Shown piece after piece: positions 42,339 through 53,381 of a stretch of 64,000 bases of DNA; the first letter of the stretch is position 1; each line of letters begins with the position of its first letter. The notes under the pieces are model-generated. The model was not told where the DNA came from and made no database searches. It saw only the letters and a list, made by a program, of their open reading frames with translations. Origin of the DNA: an uncultured Acidobacteriota bacterium (GTDB lineage: Bacteria > Acidobacteriota > Polarisedimenticolia > J045). The stretch is from positions 1 to 64,000 of the forward strand of contig CAVPCQ010000024.1 of the NCBI GenBank assembly GCA_963702425.1, read 5' to 3'. A program made the translations under genes and the position numbers.

Positions 42339-42899
42339 ATGCTGAAGACCCTTCGTCGCACGGTCGCACTGCTCGCGCTGCTCGCGATCACCCTTCCGAC
42401 CGCCCTCCTCGCCCAGGCCAATGGAACGGCCGAGGTGCGGGGCGTTCTGCTCGACACCGCGGGGCTGCCCGCCAAGGGCTACCAGATCGGGCTGAAGACT
42501 CCGGATGGAAACCTGTTCCTTTCCAAGGCGACCGCGGCCGACGGCACCTTCGTCGTCGGCGGCCTGCCGCCCGCGACTTACCAGCTCGCTGCTTTCGCGC
42601 CGGACGGAGGGGAACTTGCAGTCGTCGCCAAGCAGGTCGCCCTCGCCGCGGGCCAGAAGGAGCGCGTCGAGATCCGCCTCGCGTCCGACAAGGCGCAGGT
42701 GGCCGGCCGGGTACCGGCCGGCGACCCCGCGGCCGCCGGGTCGTCCGCCGCCGCGGGCTCGACCTTCAGCTGGAGCGCGCTCGGGATCGCCGCGGTCGCG
42801 ACGGTGGGCGTCTTCGCGATCGGGGCGTGGGTGATCAACGACGACGACAACGACGTCGAGCGCGACAATGGTTCGCCCATCCTCCCGCCGCGCCGCTAG
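42339..42899 (+). CDS. Secreted carboxypeptidase-regulatory-like beta-sandwich protein with C-terminal TM
   Basis: AGGAGG RBS, signal peptide, TAADGTF...LPPATYQL, late hydrophobic helix. Confidence 0.7.
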   Translation: MLKTLRRTVALLALLAITLPTALLAQANGTAEVRGVLLDTAGLPAKGYQIGLKTPDGNLFLSKATAADGTFVVGGLPPATYQLAAFAPDGGELAVVAKQVALAAGQKERVEIRLASDKAQVAGRVPAGDPAAAGSSAAAGSTFSWSALGIAAVATVGVFAIGAWVINDDDNDVERDNGSPILPPRR

Positions 42900-42933
42900 A
42901 ACCGGTTCCTCCTCCCCATCTCCGACCTTTCCG

Positions 42934-42959
42934 GCGGCGCAGCCCTCGGGCTGCGCCGC
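42934..42959 (+). terminator. GC-rich hairpin downstream of the ORF
   Basis: GCGGCGCAGCC-CTCG-GGCTGCGCCGC. Confidence 0.5.
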
Positions 42960-43047
42960 TCGGCTTCGGCTGGGGTCCCATCGACTCGTTCGGTGCTATA
43001 AACGATTCGTAAGAACCGGCTAGCTTCAGTCCGGTCCCGGGGTTCCG

Positions 43048-43614
43048 ATGCCGGCCTCGCGCTCCCGCGGCCTCGTCGCCGCGATCGCCCTGCTCGTCCC
43101 GCTCGCCGGGCTGGCCGCATTCCTGGTCTACGGCGGCCGCCACCGGAGCTTCGGCTCGCACGAAGCCGGCGCTCCGAGCGCTTCGACCGCCTCCGCGAGC
43201 GGGATGGCCGCGCTGCTCGACGGGCTCGCCGAACGGACCGCCGACCTCCCGCCCGAGCGCTTCCACGAGCAGGTGAACGGTGCGGCCGAGTTCCTGATCG
43301 CGCTCGGCGGGACGCGGATCGTCGCCTGGCGCTTCGCAGGGCCTCCCCAAGCGACACTCGAACTGCTGGAGTTCGTCGACGAGGACGGCGCCCGGCGCGC
43401 GCTCGCGCAGGACGCCGGTGCCGACCGCACGCCGGGGCCGGGCGACGAAGCCTGGGCCGGCGCCGACAGCGTCTTCTTCCGGCGCGGACGCCGCTACGCG
43501 CGACTCAGCGCGCCGGGAATGAGCGGCCCCGACGCGCCGGCGACGCTGGCCGCCGTGGCCGCCCGCGTGGACGAGCGCCTGCGCGCGCTGGCGTCGAGCG
43601 GAGGGGGATCGTGA
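43048..43614 (+). CDS. Membrane-anchored hypothetical protein (DUF6599-like, tentative)
   Basis: N-terminal TM; FHEQVNGAAEFLI and VFFRRGRRYARL; GTGA overlap with next gene. Confidence 0.55.
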   Translation: MPASRSRGLVAAIALLVPLAGLAAFLVYGGRHRSFGSHEAGAPSASTASASGMAALLDGLAERTADLPPERFHEQVNGAAEFLIALGGTRIVAWRFAGPPQATLELLEFVDEDGARRALAQDAGADRTPGPGDEAWAGADSVFFRRGRRYARLSAPGMSGPDAPATLAAVAARVDERLRALASSGGGS

Positions 43615-44633
43615 GCTTTCACGACCGCGAAGCCGGCGCGGGCGCGGAGCCGCAGGCGCAGATGCAGGGACTCGCGCGACGCGAGGTGCTCGCGCGTCTC
43701 GGGCGGGCCGGGCTCGTGCTGGGGGGCGCAGGACTCCTGACCGCGCTCGGGCTGCGCTCGAAGGGGCGCTGGTCCGGGGGCGATGCGCCGGCCGTGATCC
43801 TGCGGCGAGAGGTGGCAAGGGATCCGTCGCGACCGACGGCCATCGTTGCCGCGGGTGGCGGGATCGCGCCGATGGTGCGCGCCGCGATCGACGCGCTGGG
43901 CGGGATCGGGCGCTTCGTCGTCGCCGGCGACGTCGTGCTGTTGAAGCCGAACATGGCCTGGGACCGGCCGCCGGAACTGGGCGCGAACACGCACCCCGAG
44001 ATCGTCGCGGAGATCGCGCGGCTGTGCCGAGAGGCGGGCGCGGCGCGCGTGCTCGTCGGCGACGTGCCGGTGCACGACGCGGAGCGCGCCGCGGCGCGCT
44101 CGGGGATCGCCGACGCGGCGCGGCGCGCCGGGGCGGAGCTGGTCCTTCCGGACGACGGCGGCTTCCGCGAGGCGGCGCTCGACGGAGCGGTGCTGTCGTC
44201 ATGGGAGGTCTTCCTTCCGGCGCTGACCGCGACGAAACTGATCAACGTGCCGGTCGTCAAGGACCACGCGCTGACCCGCCTCACGGCCGGGCTCAAGAAC
44301 TGGTACGGCGTGCTCGGCGGGACGCGGGCGCGTCTGCACCAGGCGATCGACGCCTCGATCGCCGACCTCGCGGTGGCGTTTCGGCCGACGCTCACCGTGG
44401 TCGACGCCACCCGCGTGATGACCAAGGGCGGCCCGACCGGCGGGCGCCTCGAGGACGTGCGGCAGGTCGGGCTCGTCGCGGCCGGCACCGATCCGGTCGC
44501 GCTCGATGCCTGGAGCGCCCACCTGCTCGGGCTCGACCCGGGCACGATCGGTTACCTGGCGCTGGCCGAGGGAAGGGGCGTGGGCTCGATCGCCGCCGGC
44601 CTCGGGCTCGAGACGGTGCGCGCCGGTGCGTGA
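43611..44633 (+). CDS. DUF362 domain protein with Tat-like signal
   Basis: RREVL, VLLKPN, ANTHPE, INVPVVKDH, TAGLKN, DPVALD. Confidence 0.85.
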   Translation: MSFHDREAGAGAEPQAQMQGLARREVLARLGRAGLVLGGAGLLTALGLRSKGRWSGGDAPAVILRREVARDPSRPTAIVAAGGGIAPMVRAAIDALGGIGRFVVAGDVVLLKPNMAWDRPPELGANTHPEIVAEIARLCREAGAARVLVGDVPVHDAERAAARSGIADAARRAGAELVLPDDGGFREAALDGAVLSSWEVFLPALTATKLINVPVVKDHALTRLTAGLKNWYGVLGGTRARLHQAIDASIADLAVAFRPTLTVVDATRVMTKGGPTGGRLEDVRQVGLVAAGTDPVALDAWSAHLLGLDPGTIGYLALAEGRGVGSIAAGLGLETVRAGA

Positions 44634-46221
44634 GCCGCTGGCGGGCTTGCCCGGCGTAGCTCCCCGTGCCGCCAGGCACGGGGAAACGGAGCCGGGCGGC
44701 GTCTACTGGCCGCGCGGCGCGCGGCGGATCCATCAGGCCTTCTTCCTCGCGCTGTTTCTCGCCGCGCTGGCAGCGATGACCGCGGAGGGGGTCCGTCGCC
44801 TGCCGGTCGCGTGGCTCTTCCAGCTCGACCCGCTGACGGCCGCCGTCTCGCTGCTCGCGTCGTGGTCGCTGACGGCGGCGCTCGCCTGGTCGCTGGCGAT
44901 CGTGCTGCTGACGGTCCTCGCGGGGCGCGCCTTCTGCGGCTGGATCTGCCCGCTCGGAACGATCCTGCAGCTCGTGTCGTGGGCGACGCAGCGACTGCGA
45001 CCCGGGCCGGCGACCGAGCACAACCGCTGGCGGCCGCACTTCGCGATCAAGTACCTGCTGCTGGTCACGCTGCTGGCGGCCGCAGCGCTGGGCGCCGGGA
45101 TCGCCGGCCTGTTCGACCCGCTCTCGCTCTTCGCGCGCTCGCTCGGCTCGGGGTTGTCGCCGGCCCTGCACCAGCTCGTCGGGATGGGCGGCTGGCGCGC
45201 GCGGATCTTCATCGGCGCGTGGCTGACCGGCCTGATCTTCCTGGCCGTGCTGGTCGCCAACCGTTGGATCGCGCGCTGGTGGTGTCGTGCGCTTTGCCCC
45301 CTGGGAGCGCTGCTGGGGCTCGTCGCGCGCGCGGCGATCGCCCGGATCCGGATCGACCCCGCGCGCTGCACGCACTGCAACCGCTGCGCGACCGACTGCC
45401 AGGGGGCCGACGAGCCGTTCGCTCGACATCGCGTCGCCGAGTGCCACGTCTGCCTGAACTGCATCGCGAATTGCCCGGAAGACGCGATCGCCTTTCGCGC
45501 TTTCGCCCCCGAGGACGCCCCGCGGGGCGGCATCGACCTGCCGCGGCGCCGGCTGCTCGGAGCGGCAGCGGCAGGGATCGTGCTGGTCCCGCTCTTCCGC
45601 GTCAGCACCCACTCGGCGCTGCAGCCCGGCCCGCTCGCGATCCGGCCGCCGGGGGCGCTGCCGGAGGCTGCTTTCCTCGCGACCTGCGTGCGCTGCGGGG
45701 CATGCGTGAACGCCTGTCCGACGAGCGCGCTGCAGCCGGCGCTCGGCGAGGCGGGGGCGGAGGGGCTCTACACGCCGGTGCTCGTCGCGAGGCAGGGCTG
45801 GTGCGAGCCGAGCTGCGTGCTCTGCGGGCAGGTCTGCCCGACCGGCGCGATCCGCCCGCTCTCGGTCGCGAAGAAGGGCTGGACCGGCGAGTCAGGGAAG
45901 GGGATCCGGATCGGGACCGCCTTCTTCGACCAGGGGCGCTGCCTTCCCTGGGGCATGAACGTGCCGTGCATCGTCTGCCAGGAGGTCTGCCCGACCAGCC
46001 CGAAGGCGATCTGGCTCGAGGAGGTGACGGCGCTGGACCGCGCGGGGCGGCCGGTGCGTCTCCAGCGGCCGCGCATCGAGCCGGGTCTGTGCGTCGGCTG
46101 CGGGCTGTGCGAGGCGAAGTGCCCGATCACCGACATCGCCGCGGTCCGCGTCACGCGGATCGGGGAGTCGCGCGAGATCGGCTCGTCGTTCCGCCTCGGA
46201 GCGGCGGCCGTCGGGAGCTGA
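44626..46221 (+). CDS. Membrane polyferredoxin (NapH/MauN-like fused to NapG/MauM-like)
   Basis: CGWICP and CRALCP membrane motifs, multiple CxxCxxCxxxC clusters, IRPPGA. Confidence 0.85.
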   Translation: MREPLAGLPGVAPRAARHGETEPGGVYWPRGARRIHQAFFLALFLAALAAMTAEGVRRLPVAWLFQLDPLTAAVSLLASWSLTAALAWSLAIVLLTVLAGRAFCGWICPLGTILQLVSWATQRLRPGPATEHNRWRPHFAIKYLLLVTLLAAAALGAGIAGLFDPLSLFARSLGSGLSPALHQLVGMGGWRARIFIGAWLTGLIFLAVLVANRWIARWWCRALCPLGALLGLVARAAIARIRIDPARCTHCNRCATDCQGADEPFARHRVAECHVCLNCIANCPEDAIAFRAFAPEDAPRGGIDLPRRRLLGAAAAGIVLVPLFRVSTHSALQPGPLAIRPPGALPEAAFLATCVRCGACVNACPTSALQPALGEAGAEGLYTPVLVARQGWCEPSCVLCGQVCPTGAIRPLSVAKKGWTGESGKGIRIGTAFFDQGRCLPWGMNVPCIVCQEVCPTSPKAIWLEEVTALDRAGRPVRLQRPRIEPGLCVGCGLCEAKCPITDIAAVRVTRIGESREIGSSFRLGAAAVGS

Positions 46222-46242
46222 CGGCCGCCGTCCCGGCCGGGA

Positions 46243-49200
46243 TCAGGGCGCGCAGTCGTCGACGAGGTCTCGCGGATGGCAGGCCTGCGCCGAGGGCGGG
46301 CGCTCGCTGCCGTCGGACGCCCGGCCGTAGCTGCCGGCGAAGCCGCCGTCGGTCGGCACGACGAGGAAGAAGTCGGCGGTGCCCGCTCCGGGCGGGACCG
46401 AAGCACTGGTCCCGCTCGCCGCGCAGTAGCCCAGCTCCGGCTTGAGCGACGCATAGCCCAGCGCCAGGTCGCCGCGATAGACCTCGTAGCTCGGAGTCCC
46501 GCCGCAGTCGCTCGCCCAGCCGAGGGCGAGCTCGTTGCCGGCCCGCTGGACCGTCAACCCCGAAACCGCGCCCGGCCTGGCCCGCGCCACCGGCTGGCAG
46601 GAGTTGCGGGTCACGCCGGTGAGCCGGATGTCGTCGACGTTCCAGCCGGAGAGCTGGACCACGTTGTCGGCGGTCAGGCCGAAGCGGATCCGGAAGTCGG
46701 GGTTGCGGTCGGCCCACGCGGACACGTCGTAGGCGTGGTTCGACCAGGCGTTTTCGACGACGTAGCCGCTCGAGGCGTAGAGATTCACCCAGTTCACGCC
46801 GTCGGCCGAGACGTCGACGCTGGCGATGTCGTTGGGCGCGACGTTCAGCCAGCGCTTGAACTGGATGCCGACCTGGACGGCGTCGGCGCAGTTGATCGGC
46901 GGCGATGTGGCGTTGGTGTTGACCAGCCCCTCGTAGTTGCCCGGGCTCGGACCGGTCCCGGTCAGGTCGTTGCCCAACACGCGCGTCCCTTCCGCGGCAG
47001 CGGTGGGATCGGGGCTCGGCTTCGGCTGGCCGGGCAACGAGGTGCCGCCGCCGAGCCCCCGGGGGGTGTCGATCTGCCACTCGCCGGACGGGCCGGAATT
47101 GTTGTTGAAGGCCCAGCCACGGTTCGTCTCGATCCCGTCGGTGTAGAACTGGACGGGCGCCCCGGAGCCGCCGACCAGCACCCGCACCGCTGCGACCTCG
47201 TCCGGATAGGCGTTGGCCGGATCGGACGAGGTGATCGCGCGCACGGTGAAGGTCGCATCCTGGCCGCACGGGAAGGCCTGGCCGACCTGGAACCGGATCT
47301 TCTGCACGCCGGTCGCGCTGGCGTTGGCCGGGATGTTCCCGAAGCTCGTCGCCCCGCTGATCAGCGAGACCGGGCCCGCGTTCCCGGCCCAGGCGGCGAC
47401 CGTTGCCGTCACGTTCGTCGCCGTCTCGTTTCCCTGGTTGCGCAGGACGATCGATAGGTCGAAGACCTCACCGGGGTCGACCGCGCCGTTGCCGTTCCCC
47501 TGGACCTGAACCAGGTTGACGTAATTCTCGTAGCGCAGGTCGGGCCCCGTCACGGTCACCGTCTTCTTGACGGTCGCCGAGCAGGCGCCGGCGTCGCGCA
47601 CCCGCAGGCGCGAGTCGCCGACGTACGGCCGGTGGAAGACCGTGGACGGGTCGGTGTCGATCGCGTCCACCGTCCCGTCGACGGTGAAGTCCCACTCGTA
47701 GGTGTAGGGGCCGCCCGCACCGCCGCTGACGCTGCTGTCGAAGGTCACCGACTGGCCGACCCGCGCAGGGTTCGGGCTCGGCGTGAAGTCGACCGTCGGA
47801 GGGGTGCAGATCGAACCGGTTCCGCCCGTGACCACCAGCGCAAAGACCGCGTCGGCGGCGGGGGTGGCGAGGTGCTGGTCCTGGTTGATCTCCGGCGCAT
47901 CGATGTCGACGCGCCAGGTCCCCGCCTGCGGGTTCTGCACGAAGACGTTCTCGACGTTGTTCTTGGAGTCGCGGGTGCCGCCCGGCTGCGAGTATCGCGC
48001 GCCATCGAGCCCGAAGTTCCCCTTGTAGATCGTTCCGGAGGGGGAGGTCACGGTCAGATCGAGGTCGTTGATCCGGTGCAGCGTGGCGGAGGTCGTGCCG
48101 GGCAGGTCGTTGTAGACCAGCGTGACCTTCAGCTCGGTCTCGCCGGACTCGACCCCGACGTCGTACGAGCCGCGCTCACCGACCCTCAGCGCCACGTCCT
48201 CGTTGATCACGAAGCTCCGCGCGGCGCGCTCCTTGGCCAGCCGCACGCTCGGCCGCCCCCAGCCCTGGTGGACCCGGGTGAGGTCGCTGCCGGTGCCGCT
48301 GAAGGGGTACTGGTTGGCGTTGTTGATCAGGAGCGCCTTGATCGTCGAGGCGTGGGGCTGGCGTTCGAAGACGGTCGTCCCGACTGGATCGGTTCCCCAA
48401 ACGTTGTCGGACCACATCTGGACGATCGAGCCAGTGATACCAGCGACGATCGGCGTGGCACCCGAGGTCCCGCCAAACGAGGACGTGTAGCCGTTGCCGG
48501 TCGTCGTGGTGAAGGTCTCGTCGTAGTAGTAGCTGACGTCGGGCTTGAGGCGGCCGTCCTCGGCCGGGCCGATCGACGCCCCCGAGCACCAGCAGTCGTC
48601 GGCGGTCGAGAGGGTGTCGTAGTGGTTGATGGCGCCAACGCTGACGATGTTCTTGGCCCACGCCTCCGGGCGGCTGTCCTGGTTCCCGGCGTTTGACTGC
48701 GACTGCAGGATCGCGATGTCGAGCCGCCAGATGATGTCGTCCATCTCCTGCGAGTAGCTGGTGTAGTTACGGACGCGCGAGTTGCCCCAGGAGTTGGTCT
48801 GGAACGAGGCGAAGTAGGGGGCGTTCTTCAGTTGCTGGGTGTGGGCGAAGCGGTCGCCGAGCTGGTTGTAGTCGGCCATGATCCCGACCGCGCACGGGAG
48901 GCTTCCCAGCCCCTTGGCCGAGCCGTCGCCGTCGCGGTCGCCGTTGCCGAAGACAATGCCGAAGGTGCTCGTGCCGTGGCTGTCGACCCCGTGGGTACCG
49001 TGGTAGATCTCGGTGTCGAAGTCCATGTGCGTGTCTTCGAAGCCGGCGTCGAGGTCCTCGCCGCGGACGCCGGTGCCGCAGTAGCCGTAGTTGCTCTCGA
49101 GCCAGCTGAGGCCGTTGTCCTGGCGGACGATGTCCATGTCCTTCCCGGGCACCCCCTTGGGGTCGATCCACGCGACGTCGTCCAGCGCGGCGAGCGCCCG

Positions 49201-50047
49201 CGCCTGATCGCGCGTCAGGCGCAGCTCGACCACGTAGCCGTTCGGCCAGGCACTGAGCACCTCGGCGCCGAGGTGGCGCGCGCGCGCCACGATCCGCTCC
49301 TTGCCGGAAGGACCCCACTCGAACGCGGTGACGCGCAGATCCTTCCGGTCGTCCGAAGAGCCGTCGGCATCGGGGCCTGCCGACGCGCCGGACAACCAGT
49401 CGCGGACCTCCCACGAGAGGCGGTAGGAGGGGTGGAACGGCTCGACGCGCTCGATGAAATCGAGGCCGGCGAGCGCCGCCGCTCGCAACGGCTCGATCCT
49501 CACCAGATGCGCGTTGTAAGGGAAGAAGGCCAGCAGCTCGGCCCCCGAATCAGCGAGCGCCTGCCGCCACTCGGGTTGGCTCGGCGTCCGGAACTGGACC
49601 AGGAAGATGCGCCCGGCGGGGGCCTGGGCCAGCCCCGGCAGGATCGTGGGGAGCGGCTGGCCCGGCTCGGTCCGGCCGTCGCGCAGCAGGAGAGCGGTCT
49701 CCGCCTCGCGGGCCGTGCTCCAGGTCGCGCCACCGTCGCGCGTGACCGCGTACCAGCGGGTCGCGAGGCCCCCTTCGGTCCAGGTCGCGAACGCGGCGGG
49801 TGCCGACGGTGCTCGGCCGGTGGAGAGCGGCGCGATCCGCTGTGGCGACTCGCGCAGCAGCGCGCGGGCTTCGGAGCCGTCGGGGCGCGGTGTGACCGCG
49901 AACAGCCGGAAGACGTCGCCGGCCTGCGTTCACCTCGAGTCGGGGCCTGGACATCGGTGCGGCGAGGAGGGGAAGCGCGGACAGGACGATCAGGGCGAGA
50001 AGCGCGTAAACGGTGACGAACGACGCGCGGGCGGGCGCACGGAGCAT
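46243..50047 (-). CDS. Large secreted S8 (subtilisin-like) peptidase with PKD-like and other C-terminal domains; frameshifts near 49500 and 49920
   Basis: DAG, HGT and GTSGATP catalytic motifs; YTYEWDF PKD-like domain; signal peptide and GGAGG RBS at 50047. Confidence 0.85.
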
Positions 50048-50173
50048 CGGGCAAACCTCCAAGGTCAGCAGAAGTTACCTTGAAGCGCGGCGGGATGCCT
50101 CCATCCGGGGGCAGTCCGCGCTGGAATTCGGTCCGCTCGCCATCCATGATCCGCGCTCCGGGCCGGAGGTGGC

Positions 50174-51083
50174 ATGACTTCCTGTTTAGTCGCGGCCGCG
50201 CTGTGGGCGATCTCGATCAGCCTCTTCCGCCCGCTCATCGCGCGCTTCGGTCCCGCGCCGGTCAACTTCTTCAAGTGCGCCTTCGCCTCTGCCGCCTACC
50301 TCGCTTGGCTCGCGCTCGCCGGACGGCTCTCCGGGATGGCGGCGACTCGAGCCGGCCGCGCTCGGCCAGCTCGCGCTTTCCGGGTTCGTCGGCATGGCGA
50401 TCGGCGACTCGCTGCTCTTTTCGGCCGTCGAAGCGGGGGGGGTCCAGCGGGCACTCGTGATCTACAACAGCGCCCCGCTGATGACCGCGCTGCTGGCCTG
50501 GGCGGCAGGGGGCGCCGTCCCGTCCGCCCACGTCTGGCTGGGGATGGTGCTGGTCGTCACGGGGGTCGGCCTCGTGGAGACCGACCCGGCCCGCTTCGGC
50601 CCGGCGCCCGGAGGCGCGGGGGGCGGGGCAACACTCGCCCCGCCGCGCGCCGGGGCCCTGCGCTGGACGGTGATCGCTGCGCTCGGCGCGGCGCTCGGCC
50701 AGGCGGTCGGACTGCTCCTGATGCAGCGCCCGCTGCAGTCGGTACCGATCGTGGAAGCGAGCTTCATCCGACTTGCGGCCGCCGGGGCGGGGGTGCTCCT
50801 GCTGCTCCTCGTCCGGCGCGGGGGACGCGCGGAGCTGGCACGGCTCGGGCCGCGGGTCTGGCCCGGGCTGGCCCTGCCGAGCGTGATCGGGACGGTGATC
50901 GCCGTGATCTTCATGATGCGCGGCGTCCGCGACCTGCCTCCCGGGATCGCGGCCGCTCTGCTGGGCACGACGCCGCTCTTCTCACTGCCGATCTCGCGCT
51001 TCGTGCTGGCCGAGCCGGTCGGCATCCGCTCGCTCGCCGGGACCCTGCTGGCGGTCTGCGGGGTGGCTTTGTTCGCCCTCTGA
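50174..51083 (+). CDS. DMT/EamA family transporter; one frameshift near 50345
   Basis: Two EamA-like repeats, SGFVGMAIGDSLLF, TTPLFSLP..VLAE. Confidence 0.8.
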
Positions 51084-51132
51084 CCGGTGCAGTATCCTCG
51101 GCCGGTTGCGCCGCTCGCGACAAGGAGTCCCC

Positions 51133-52482
51133 ATGACCAACGCGTCGCTCTACAGGAGCCACCTCGAAATCCTCGACAAGGTCCTCGCCGACGCGCTCGA
51201 GCGCGCCGGCGCGCGGGGCTTGACGCTGGACGGCGTCCTGTTCCACGCCGGCCGAGCCGAGACCTACCACGTCGACGACATGGAGATCCCGTTCCAGTCG
51301 ACACCGCACTTCCGTCGCTGGGTCCCGCTCGCCGGGCCCGAGCACGTCGTGCTCGCGCGGCCAGGGCGCAAGCCGTTCGTGGTCCGGGTCAACCCGCGCG
51401 ACTACTGGTACGAGGCCGCGCCCGTGCCGCCCTCCTACTGGCAGGAGGCGGTGCAGTTCGCCGAGGTCGCCGACTTCGCCGAGGTCGCCGGTGTGGTCGG
51501 GACGCTCTCGGGCGTCGCCTACGTCGGCAACTCGCCGGCGGCCGCGAGCGAGCTCGGGATCGACGTGACGCTGGTCGAGCCCGAGGCGCTCATGAAGCCG
51601 CTCGACTGGCACCGTGCGTCGAAGACCGCGCACGAGATCGCGCTCGTCGAAGCCGCCGCGCTCAAGGCGGCGGAGGGTCACCGCGTCGGACGCAAGGCGT
51701 TCGAGGGGGGTGCGTCCGAGCGCGAGATCCATTACGCCTACCTGCAGGCCACCGGCCAGCTCGAGCACGAGCTACCGTTCGAGACGATCATCGCGCTCGA
51801 CGCCAAGTCGGCGACGCTGCACTACCACACCAAGCGCGGGCGCGAGGCGGCGCCGGGAAAGGTCTTCCTGCTCGACGCCGGCGCGTCGCACGAAGGGTAC
51901 GCCTCCGATATCACGCGGACCTGGAGCCTGGCCGGCGTGGAGCCGGTCTTCGTCGCGCTGCTGGAGGGGGTCGACGAGCTCGAGCGCGACCTGGTGGCAA
52001 TGGTGGCGCCGGGCCGGCCCTACCTCGAGATCCACCTCGAGGCGCACCGCCGCGTCGCCGCGCTGCTGTCGAAGGTCGGGATCAGCAAGGTCTCGCCGGA
52101 GGAGACGCTGGCACTGGGGATCTCGCGCACCTTCCTGCCGCACGGCGTCGGCCACCAACTGGGGATCCAGGTGCACGACATCGGCGGCAGGCAGGCGGCG
52201 GTCGACGGCGGCCTGCTCGCGCCGCCCTCGGAACACCCCTACCTGCGCAACACGCGCACGCTGGAGCCGGGGCACCTGGTGACGATCGAGCCCGGGCTCT
52301 ACTTCATCCCGATGCTGCTCGAGAAGCTGCGCGAGGGCGCGGCAGGTGCGCGCGTCGACTGGGCCCTGGTCGATCGCCTGACCCCCTTCGGCGGGATCCG
52401 GATCGAAGACGACGTGCTCTGCACGCCGGCTGGCGCGCGCGACCTGACCCGTCCGCTGATCCAGGGGCCGCGCGGCCGGTGA
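51133..52482 (+). CDS. pepQ: Xaa-Pro dipeptidase (prolidase)
   Basis: LLDAGA, YASDITRT, PHGVGHQLGIQVHD, TIEPGLYF, PFGGIRIEDD. Confidence 0.93.
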   Translation: MTNASLYRSHLEILDKVLADALERAGARGLTLDGVLFHAGRAETYHVDDMEIPFQSTPHFRRWVPLAGPEHVVLARPGRKPFVVRVNPRDYWYEAAPVPPSYWQEAVQFAEVADFAEVAGVVGTLSGVAYVGNSPAAASELGIDVTLVEPEALMKPLDWHRASKTAHEIALVEAAALKAAEGHRVGRKAFEGGASEREIHYAYLQATGQLEHELPFETIIALDAKSATLHYHTKRGREAAPGKVFLLDAGASHEGYASDITRTWSLAGVEPVFVALLEGVDELERDLVAMVAPGRPYLEIHLEAHRRVAALLSKVGISKVSPEETLALGISRTFLPHGVGHQLGIQVHDIGGRQAAVDGGLLAPPSEHPYLRNTRTLEPGHLVTIEPGLYFIPMLLEKLREGAAGARVDWALVDRLTPFGGIRIEDDVLCTPAGARDLTRPLIQGPRGR

Positions 52483-53381
52483 ACGAGGGCTCCGGCCGCG
52501 CCGCGACGCGCTTCGTCGACCGTCGGCCCGGCTCGGCGCTGCTGTGGGTCGTGGCGCTGTTCGTCACCTTCGGCCTCGCCGCCTACCAGCGGCTCACCGG
52601 GCCGACGCACCCCGTGCGCGTCCGGGCCGAGATCGGCGGCGCGCCCGTCACCGGCCAGCTGCCGCGCAGCCATGGCGGCGAGGGGGGCGCGCTCGTCGCG
52701 CTCGTCGCGCCCGATTCCTCGATCGCGGGCGAGCTCGCCTGGCGCCGCTTCCCGACTGCCGAAGCCTGGATCGAGACGCCGCTCGAGCGGCTCGGCGACG
52801 AGCTGGTGGGCGAGCTGCCGCACCAGCCGGCGGCCGGGAAGCTCGAGTACAGCCTGCGCCTCGCGCGCGGGGACGCGACCCGGGTGATCCAGCAGGACGA
52901 CGGCCCGATCGTGATCCGCTTCCGGGGCGAGGTCCCGGCGGCGGTCCTGCTGCCGCACGTCATGGCGATGTTCCTCGGCCTCGTGATCGGCATCCGCGCG
53001 CTGCTCGGCGCGCTCGTCGGCGAGCGCGACCTGGGTCGCCACCTCCCCTGGTTGCTGGTGTTCCTGGTCCCCGGCGGACTGGCCCTGGGGCCGATCGTGC
53101 AGAAGTACGCGTTCGACGCCTACTGGACCGGCTGGCCGTTCGGCGAGGACCTGACCGACAACAAGACGCTGGCCTCGGTCCTGGCGTGGGCCGCCGCGTG
53201 GCTCGTCGCGCGCCGCTGGCCGGACCGCCCGGCCCGGCACCGCCTCGCGGTGCTCGTCGCGGCGCTGGTGATGATCGCGGTCTATCTGATCCCGCACAGC
53301 GCGCGCGGCAGCCAGCTCGACTGGTCGAAGCTGCCTCCGCCCGCCTCGGCGCCTGGCGGCGGGCCGATCAGCCCCCGATGA
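52479..53381 (+). CDS. Hypothetical membrane protein
   Basis: YQRLTGPTHP, LPHQPAAGKLEY, LGPIVQKYAF, WTGWPFGEDLTDNKT; several TMs. Confidence 0.75.
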   Translation: MNEGSGRAATRFVDRRPGSALLWVVALFVTFGLAAYQRLTGPTHPVRVRAEIGGAPVTGQLPRSHGGEGGALVALVAPDSSIAGELAWRRFPTAEAWIETPLERLGDELVGELPHQPAAGKLEYSLRLARGDATRVIQQDDGPIVIRFRGEVPAAVLLPHVMAMFLGLVIGIRALLGALVGERDLGRHLPWLLVFLVPGGLALGPIVQKYAFDAYWTGWPFGEDLTDNKTLASVLAWAAAWLVARRWPDRPARHRLAVLVAALVMIAVYLIPHSARGSQLDWSKLPPPASAPGGGPISPR

